From Nitrososphaerota archaeon (GTDB lineage: Archaea > Thermoproteota > Nitrososphaeria > Nitrososphaerales > Nitrosopumilaceae): DNA of 32,000 nucleotides. Positions 26,827-32,000 of this stretch are shown in pieces (position 1 is the first letter of the stretch; every line of letters begins with the position of its first letter). The position numbers were made by a program, and so were the translations under genes. The DNA lies in assembly GCA_022573895.1 (NCBI GenBank), contig JACZTB010000004.1, positions 6,423 through 38,422 on the forward strand, given 5' to 3'. Below the pieces are notes generated by a model. That model was not told the DNA's origin, did not search any database, and saw only the letters and a program-made list of their open reading frames with translations.

Positions 26827-27834
26827 GTGATATTTTTGGATACACGTAGAACTGTCAGTAATAAATCAATTATCGCTTTTATGCTAATCTTAGTTTTGGT
26901 AATTATTGGCTCAAGTTTCACATCAATCTTTGCTTCAACTGGCAGCTCAACAAATTATGGTTCACTAAAAATAGACAAAGATACAGTTTCTATTTCAGAA
27001 TTTGAACCTACAATTATTCAAATTTCAGGAACTATACATGATTATCTACAAGGACAGAGAATATTTTTACAAATGATAAAACCTGACAATACTTCTGAAG
27101 AAATGCAAACTATACCAAATAAAGATGGGTTTTTTTCTATTCCGCTATATCTTGACTATAATTGGGTAGCAGGCAATTATCAACTTTCAGCAACTTATCT
27201 CGATAATGAAATTGGTTCTGCATCATTTTTGATCACATCAGTTGACACTCCAAACATTCCGATCTTATCAAAAATTGGTAGTTTGGAAATTGATGATGAG
27301 GAAATTACTCTTTCAAGTAATGAAAGATCAACTGTTGAAATAAATGGTAATATCAAAAATTATGAGAAAGGAGAACCAATTTCCTTAAAAGTTATTCATC
27401 CTAATGGACTAATTACTAATGTTAGTATAACTGGAAAATCTAGTGGTGATTTTAAAGCACATATTAGTATTGGAGAGAATTGGGAATCTGGAACATTTAG
27501 TATAATTGTCTCTTATGAAGGAAAAGACTTTGGGCAAGTAAATTTTATACTAAATAAAATCCAAATTCCTAAATTTTTCAAAAATGTTGCTAATTGGTGG
27601 TCCGATGGTCTAGTTGAAGATGCTGAATTTGTAGATGGAATTGAATTTTTAATTAATGCAAAAATTATTGATATTCCTAACCTGCCTAAAAGTTCGGTTG
27701 GAGGTAATGAGAATGAAATTCCAGATTGGATTCGTCAAAATGTGGGATGGTGGGGAAAGGATTTGATTTCTGATGAAGATTTTGTTTCAGGAATAAAATA
27801 TCTTGTGGAGCATGGAATTATTACTATTCAATAA
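26827..27834 (+). CDS. Secreted modular protein: 2 Ig-like repeats + 2 C-terminal WW..D.(E/D)F..GI..L repeats
   Basis: 335 aa with a signal or anchor peptide. Repeats A1 (aa 45-136) and A2 (aa 151-242) align (GSL.ID......S......I.G.I..Y..G..I.L..I.P........I.....G.F...........W..G........Y......G...F.L). B1 (aa 247-283) and B2 (aa 298-334) share IP....NV..WW...L..D..FV.GI..L.....II.I. Confidence 0.7.
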   Translation: MIFLDTRRTVSNKSIIAFMLILVLVIIGSSFTSIFASTGSSTNYGSLKIDKDTVSISEFEPTIIQISGTIHDYLQGQRIFLQMIKPDNTSEEMQTIPNKDGFFSIPLYLDYNWVAGNYQLSATYLDNEIGSASFLITSVDTPNIPILSKIGSLEIDDEEITLSSNERSTVEINGNIKNYEKGEPISLKVIHPNGLITNVSITGKSSGDFKAHISIGENWESGTFSIIVSYEGKDFGQVNFILNKIQIPKFFKNVANWWSDGLVEDAEFVDGIEFLINAKIIDIPNLPKSSVGGNENEIPDWIRQNVGWWGKDLISDEDFVSGIKYLVEHGIITIQ

Positions 27835-28085
27835 TACTCTTCATGAAGATAGCACCACTTCCAAATATTGCCTGGAATTGCTTTCATTACTGGATGCTCA
27901 GTTTCTTGAAAATGCTTTGTTGCATGTTTTCCAATAGATGAATCACAACAACCAACATGTCCACATGTTAAACACATTCTAAGTGCTACTACTGGTAGGT
28001 GTTCTTTTTCACACTCCTCACAGCTTTTCGTATTTGGGGAAATTCCTTCTTTTTCTTGGGAAAAATGATTGCATTCTTTTGACAT
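27828..28085 (-). CDS. Stand-alone UBP-type zinc-finger (zf-UBP) protein
   Basis: 85 aa. C.EC.......V.LR.CL.CGHVGCCDSS.GKHA.KH...T.HP........W.WCY matches the zf-UBP Cys/His pattern. Its stop overlaps the convergent gene's stop. Confidence 0.8.
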   Translation of the reverse strand: MSKECNHFSQEKEGISPNTKSCEECEKEHLPVVALRMCLTCGHVGCCDSSIGKHATKHFQETEHPVMKAIPGNIWKWCYLHEEYY

Positions 28086-28130
28086 ATTGCTAGTATTTTT
28101 TCAAAGTATCTTTGTATCTTTTAATTAATT

Positions 28131-28559
28131 CTACACTAGATTGTTGGTATTGGGAATTACTCTAAAGATTTTTACAGTATACTCTCCTTCAAAGATATTT
28201 ACAAACTCTCCAGTGTCTGAATCAAGACTTTTAATTCTGAATTTGTATTCATAAGATCCATCTCCTTTCACATCAACTTGGGCAACATGAACTGGATCTT
28301 CTCCTTTGTAAAATTGGATGATCACTGGATATCTTTCTACATAATTCGATGCAGAACCTATGACTACTCCCCATGGAAGTTTATTGTCTTGAGGAATACT
28401 CATTGTAGTGATCGTCCTTTGCAAACTTATCTCCTCATTAATCGGAGTCACAATAATGCTATTTTGATTGGTTTCAGCAGAAATGTTATCTGGGATCATC
28501 ATTATGGTAAAAACTGTAATAATTGATGCAATCAAAAATATGCTTGATTTTCTATTCAT
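28131..28559 (-). CDS. Secreted small Ig-like-domain protein
   Basis: Start placed at ATG 28559 (MNRKSSIFLIASIITVFTIMMI, signal or anchor) rather than TTG 28604. The beta-rich domain ends in the ..G.Y.VK.. pattern seen in the 26827 protein repeats. Confidence 0.6.
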   Translation of the reverse strand: MNRKSSIFLIASIITVFTIMMIPDNISAETNQNSIIVTPINEEISLQRTITTMSIPQDNKLPWGVVIGSASNYVERYPVIIQFYKGEDPVHVAQVDVKGDGSYEYKFRIKSLDSDTGEFVNIFEGEYTVKIFRVIPNTNNLV

Positions 28560-28626
28560 TTCAGTTTCTCTTTTTTCCAAGTCCTTTAAAAAATTTGTTA
28601 TCAATTTACTCCAATTTTATTTTTAA

Positions 28627-28830
28627 TCATGGTAACTCGTCTTCCAAATCCGAGCATGCCTTGTGAACCCACTTTTCTTTAGAGTTTTTTATGATCTCTT
28701 TTCCTACTTTGATTGCCTCTCCACACTCTACACATTTTCCATTAAATCTGGCCTTCATAGATTTTTCCTTAGTCTTATCCAATTTTAACCAGTCTCTCCA
28801 TGAGAATTTTCTAGATCTACTTTGTGACAT
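28627..28830 (-). CDS. Small basic protein with C2HC-type putative zinc site
   Basis: 67 aa from ATG 28830 (MSQSRSRKFSW...CVECGEAI....W.HKAC). The track's 93-aa version runs into the tRNA gene, so it was trimmed. Confidence 0.55.
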   Translation of the reverse strand: MSQSRSRKFSWRDWLKLDKTKEKSMKARFNGKCVECGEAIKVGKEIIKNSKEKWVHKACSDLEDELP

Positions 28831-28837
28831 ATTAGAG

Positions 28838-28929
28838 TGGACCGGATGGGATTTGAACCCACGACCTTTGCGGGATTTCTCCTTACGCAGTGTGAGTGCG
28901 TCATCCAAACCAAACTAGACGACCGGTCC
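28838..28929 (-). tRNA. tRNA-Val (anticodon CAC) with a 16-17 nt insertion in the variable region (candidate non-canonical intron)
   Basis: Hand-folded. Acceptor GGACCGG/CCGGTCC + A73. D arm GTCT-AGTTTGGTTT-GGAT. Anticodon arm ACGCA-CTCACAC-TGCGT. 22 nt (AAGGAGAAATCCCGCAAAGGTC) where 4-5 are expected. T arm GTGGG-TTCAAAT-CCCAT. Total 92 nt. Confidence 0.75.
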
Positions 28930-29004
28930 AACAAATTTACAAAAACACGAGCTTTTTTGTCTTTAGATTTTGAATATTTTGTAATTAGTATATGAATTAC
29001 TAGT

Positions 29005-29172
29005 TTATTTCTTAACCCCGAGGGTTCTGTTCTTTAGTCTCAAGTATGGATTTCTACATTTTCTGCATCTTGTAGCATTTATGTCATTTCTGGCTCCACA
29101 TTTGAAACAAATTTTCATAACAAGACGTGCTTGTTGTGCAATGCGTTTCTTTTCAGGATCACTAATTGGCAT
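29005..29172 (-). CDS. rpl40e: Ribosomal protein L40e
   Basis: Hand translation (55 aa, below the track cut-off): MPISDPEKKRIAQQARLVMKICFKCGARNDINATRCRKCRNPYLRLKNRTLGVKK*. Matches the archaeal L40e pattern (MP..DP.K..I.Q......KIC.KCGA.N...A..CRKC....LR.K). Confidence 0.85.
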   Translation of the reverse strand: MPISDPEKKRIAQQARLVMKICFKCGARNDINATRCRKCRNPYLRLKNRTLGVKK

Positions 29173-29203
29173 TTAATTCTCTCCAAAATCTCTCTCTTTT
29201 ATT

Positions 29204-30121
29204 CTAACCGGATTTTTCCATCTTTCCTGCTAATAATACTGGTACTTCTACAGGTCTCTTTGCTACTGGAATATTTGCCTTGTTAAACATAGATATCTTG
29301 GATTCAGCGGAACCATAAGTTCCCATGATAATTGCACCAGCATGTCCCATTCTCTTTTCTTTTGGTGCTGCTCTACCTGCAATGTATGCTATAGTTGGTT
29401 TGTTAAATCCACTATCAATAATTCTTTGAGCTAAAATTTCTTCAGAGTCGCCCCCGATTTCTCCTACAACTACTAATCCTTCCAGATCTGGAATATCTTT
29501 AATCATCTCAAATGCATCAACGAGTCTTGTACCGTTGACTGGATCTCCACCAATACCAATTGTAATTGATTGTCCAAATCCTGCAGTGGTTAGTGCATCT
29601 GAAATTTCATAGAGTAATGTTCCACTCTTTGATAGGACAGCAATCTTTCCTGCCTTAAACGGAGTTATTGGCATGATTCCAATCTTGATTAATTCTGGAA
29701 TTATAATTCCTGGAGTGTTTGGTCCAATGACCACAGCTCCTTTTTGTTTTGCTAGCTCTAGTGTTAGCATAGTATCTCTAATTGGAACATGTTCTGGGAT
29801 TGCAACTAATAACTTGATTCCAGCTTCTAGTGCATCTTTTGCAGCAGCAAGAAAAAATTTTGCTGGAACAAAGATAATTGAAATTTTTGCATTAGTAGCA
29901 TCTACTGCCTCTTGCATTGTATTGTATATTGGGACCTTGCCTTCAAATTTTTGACCTCCTTTGCCAGGGGTCACTCCTGCAACTATGTTGGTCCCATCTC
30001 TAATCATATGTCTTGCATGTATGGATCCGTATGCACCAGTTATTCCCTGAACGATAACTCCTTTTTTCATATAGTCATGATCTTCAGGTTTTCCTTTGAG
30101 CAGTTCAAAAATATCAGTCAA
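29204..30121 (-). CDS. sucD: Succinate--CoA ligase (ADP-forming) alpha subunit
   Basis: 305 aa. VIVQGITG..GS.H......GT.IVAGVTPGKGG CoA-binding motif and phosphohistidine loop MGHAGAI. TTG start overlaps the sucC stop (TTGA). Confidence 0.92.
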   Translation of the reverse strand: MTDIFELLKGKPEDHDYMKKGVIVQGITGAYGSIHARHMIRDGTNIVAGVTPGKGGQKFEGKVPIYNTMQEAVDATNAKISIIFVPAKFFLAAAKDALEAGIKLLVAIPEHVPIRDTMLTLELAKQKGAVVIGPNTPGIIIPELIKIGIMPITPFKAGKIAVLSKSGTLLYEISDALTTAGFGQSITIGIGGDPVNGTRLVDAFEMIKDIPDLEGLVVVGEIGGDSEEILAQRIIDSGFNKPTIAYIAGRAAPKEKRMGHAGAIIMGTYGSAESKISMFNKANIPVAKRPVEVPVLLAGKMEKSG

Positions 30122-31224
30122 TTTTTTACCCCCATTACTGCTGCATTGATTGCCTCTTCTACCGAATTGTATATCTTGGTTCTAGATCCTTGAAGCATCT
30201 CTTTTGCTTTTTCTGATTCAGTTCCTTTCAGTCTTGCAAACACTGGCAAGTCAATCAAATTATTCTCATATGCTTTAAGAAATGCTTCTGCTACCACTGT
30301 TGTTTTTACAATTCCTCCATAGAGGTTTACTAAAATTGCTTTTACTCTACTCATCTTACTGATCAAAGTTAATGCTTCATAAACTGATTCTGTAGTTGCA
30401 CCACCTCCGACATCTAGGAAACATGCTGGCTTTCCACCATTATCCGATAACATATCAAGTGTAGACATGACTAGTCCTGCACCGTTTCCGACTACTGCAA
30501 TATTTCCATCCAACTCAACTAATGAGAAGCCACTTTTTTCTGCTTGTGCTTGTATCTCTGAGATCTCTTGATATTTCTGTAATTCCTCATGTCTAAAATT
30601 ACTATTATCATCTGTAACAAATTTTCCATCAAGTGTAATTACTGTATCGTCTTGCATGATTGCAAGTGGATTAATTTCCGCAAGCTCTGCTTCTTTTTCA
30701 ATTGCAAGCTTTGATAATTTTTTCAAAGTATCAACAAAACCATCTGCTATTTTTCCTTCTAATCCAATCTCTTTTGCAACTTCTCTAGCAACCTCATCTG
30801 AGACATCTCCTAATCCAATTTCTTTGATGATTTGATTTTTTATTGATTCAATTTCAACCCCCCCATCTGATGATGCTATGATTGTATAGCATCTTTTTGA
30901 ACGGTTCAAAAATATTGATAGGTACAACTCGTTTTTGATGTCTGCCATCTTTTCAAGTAGAATGGCTCTTGCTTTTTCCCCCTTGATTGTCAAATCCATA
31001 ACTTGAGGATATTTTAACTCAAATTCATCATCGTTTTGGCACATTTGGATTCCTCCAGCTTTCCCTCTTCCACCTACAGGTACCTGGATTTTAATCACGA
31101 ATGGATATCCTAATTCTTTTGCATGCTTCCTTCCTTCCTCTATATTGGTAGACGATTTGCTATCAAGAAGATTAATTCCATACTCTCGAAATAGTTCCTT
31201 TGCCTGAAACTCTAGTAAACGCAT
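30118..31224 (-). CDS. sucC: Succinate--CoA ligase beta subunit (ATP-grasp)
   Basis: 368 aa. MRLLEFQAKELFREYGI..., ..VIKIQV..GGRGKAGGI.. ATP-grasp region. C-terminal ligase-CoA domain (NGAGL.M.T.D, GG.PANFLDVGGGA-like CFLDVGGGA). Confidence 0.92.
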   Translation of the reverse strand: MRLLEFQAKELFREYGINLLDSKSSTNIEEGRKHAKELGYPFVIKIQVPVGGRGKAGGIQMCQNDDEFELKYPQVMDLTIKGEKARAILLEKMADIKNELYLSIFLNRSKRCYTIIASSDGGVEIESIKNQIIKEIGLGDVSDEVAREVAKEIGLEGKIADGFVDTLKKLSKLAIEKEAELAEINPLAIMQDDTVITLDGKFVTDDNSNFRHEELQKYQEISEIQAQAEKSGFSLVELDGNIAVVGNGAGLVMSTLDMLSDNGGKPACFLDVGGGATTESVYEALTLISKMSRVKAILVNLYGGIVKTTVVAEAFLKAYENNLIDLPVFARLKGTESEKAKEMLQGSRTKIYNSVEEAINAAVMGVKN

Positions 31225-31264
31225 GCAAAAATTCTGACCTTTACGGTCTTTATTAATTATGATA

Positions 31265-31594
31265 TTATCTTAATTGCTCTTCAAGAAAATCAATCATCTC
31301 CAAAAAGCGATCCTGACTTTTTCTCAATAATTCTTGTGGATATTCTTCAATTGTAAACACAAACTGTTGATGAAAGCTTGGAACCAGAACCCCTCCTGAT
31401 GCCACCATCTGCTCAATGACATATCCTTTAGTGAGACTGCATACAATTTCTTCATACGAGTCATCTTCTTCTTCTAGTGTTTGTCTATACAGAACAATAG
31501 GTTTGTTTGTCTTTGCAACAATGTTTGAACCTTTTTCTAACAGATCTGTTAGATGCTGAATCTGCCAAGCATCCAGGCTAATCTGTTTTACCAT
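31265..31594 (-). CDS. Hypothetical protein
   Basis: 109-aa ORF with an ATG start. No motif recognised. Confidence 0.5.
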   Translation of the reverse strand: MVKQISLDAWQIQHLTDLLEKGSNIVAKTNKPIVLYRQTLEEEDDSYEEIVCSLTKGYVIEQMVASGGVLVPSFHQQFVFTIEEYPQELLRKSQDRFLEMIDFLEEQLR

Positions 31595-31704
31595 ATTCTT
31601 AATACATGATTTTTCTATTTAACACTGATAAAACAACACATGTTTACTATTCGTTATCAATTAAGTAACCCCCGAAATAAAAAAGAAAGAAAATGATTTG
31701 GCAT

Positions 31705-32000
31705 TTATGCCATATCTAGTGCTCTAGAGTGTTTTCTGGTATGTGGTCTTTCACCAGAATACTTTCTTCTCATGTGTCCTGAAGGTCTACCATAGATTAG
31801 TTCTAGGAACCATGACTCATGTTCAATCTCTTCAGCTAGGATATCTTTTGCAATATCGTATGTTGTAGGATCTTTTCCTAATGTCATCTGGCAAATTTTG
31901 TTCCAGTTTACTAATGCACCCTGTTCTGCTTTGAGACATTTTTCTAGAATTTCTTTATAGTCTGTTGGGTTTGCTGGAAGCTGTAAGAATTCACAACCTG
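31705..32000 (-). CDS. Ferritin/Dps-like (bacterioferritin-type) protein, 5'-truncated by the window edge
   Basis: The reading frame stays open upstream of the track's Met, all the way to nt 32000 (..EFLQLPANPTDYKEILEKCLKAEQGALVNWNKICQMTLGKD..). Contains the ferritin-like di-iron helix DILAEEIEHESWFLEL (ExxH). Confidence 0.7.
   Translation of the reverse strand, partial: GCEFLQLPANPTDYKEILEKCLKAEQGALVNWNKICQMTLGKDPTTYDIAKDILAEEIEHESWFLELIYGRPSGHMRRKYSGERPHTRKHSRALDMA

Noticed and set aside
28831-28908. N-terminal extension of the 93-aa ORF 28627..28908.
   Set aside because: The extension runs through the 3' half of the tRNA-Val gene on the same strand. An in-frame ATG at 28830, just downstream of the tRNA, gives a sensible 67-aa protein.
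28981-29000. Small palindrome GTAATT-AGTATATG-AATTAC just downstream of the rpl40e stop, considered as a terminator hairpin.
   Set aside because: It is a 6-bp all-A/T stem, thermodynamically negligible and expected by chance. Archaeal termination does not require hairpins.
584-30193. Other short track ORFs nested in, or antisense to, longer genes: 584..775, 1907..2179, 6151..6420, 6826..7026, 7302..7544, 8224..8415, 10024..10386, 10562..10765, 11941..12189, 12307..12558, 12346..12561, 12674..12877, 13406..14117 set, 16855..17067, 21289..21519, 22097..22318, 24427..24624, 24977..25591 set, 26058..26469 set, 28278..28526, 28691..28918, 29673..30193 set.
   Set aside because: Each overlaps a longer ORF that has a recognisable family signature or membrane or secreted architecture. 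Their own translations are compositionally biased and lack motifs.
1-32000. Search by eye for CRISPR arrays, transposase, integrase or IS ends, toxin-antitoxin pairs, restriction or other defence genes, and a compositionally distinct island.
   Set aside because: No regularly spaced repeats, no recombinase, nuclease or ATPase signatures beyond housekeeping ones, and no obvious compositional break. The window looks like core chromosome, so I do not claim a novel defence or mobile system.

Overview
The window is strongly AT-rich, very gene-dense archaeal chromosome. It most resembles a marine ammonia-oxidising thaumarchaeon (Nitrosopumilus-like). That assignment is inferred from four things: archaeal translation genes (aEF-1beta, L40e, Pth2), a membrane-bound blue-copper protein beside heme O synthase, a PEFG-CTERM-like sorting signal, and pyruvoyl arginine decarboxylase. 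Most of the window is core housekeeping: CDC48, geranylgeranyl reductase family, TruD, Zn-ADH, a YyaL-type thioredoxin-domain protein, a DEAD-box helicase, DsbA-like protein, PdaD, oligoendopeptidase F, SucCD and a ferritin/Dps-like protein. These are interspersed with small membrane or secreted hypothetical proteins. Two tRNAs lie on the minus strand: Thr-UGU, and Val-CAC with an insertion. I found no CRISPR array, transposase, integrase or recognisable defence or toxin module, and I cannot support a claim of a coherent new multi-gene system. The items most worth a second look are: (1) the tRNA-Val(CAC) gene with a 16-17 nt insertion in the variable region; (2) a peroxiredoxin broken by a +1 shift in an A-run that also lacks the catalytic Thr; (3) an isolated GC-rich hairpin between convergent genes; (4) secreted modular proteins (FxLYD + PEFP C-terminal signal; tandem WW..D.(E/D)F..GI..L repeats); (5) a stand-alone zf-UBP protein; (6) a 98-aa ORF tightly coupled to CDC48; (7) several real-looking ORFs below the 60-aa track cut-off, including L40e. 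All functional calls come from motif recognition by eye, with no searches run.
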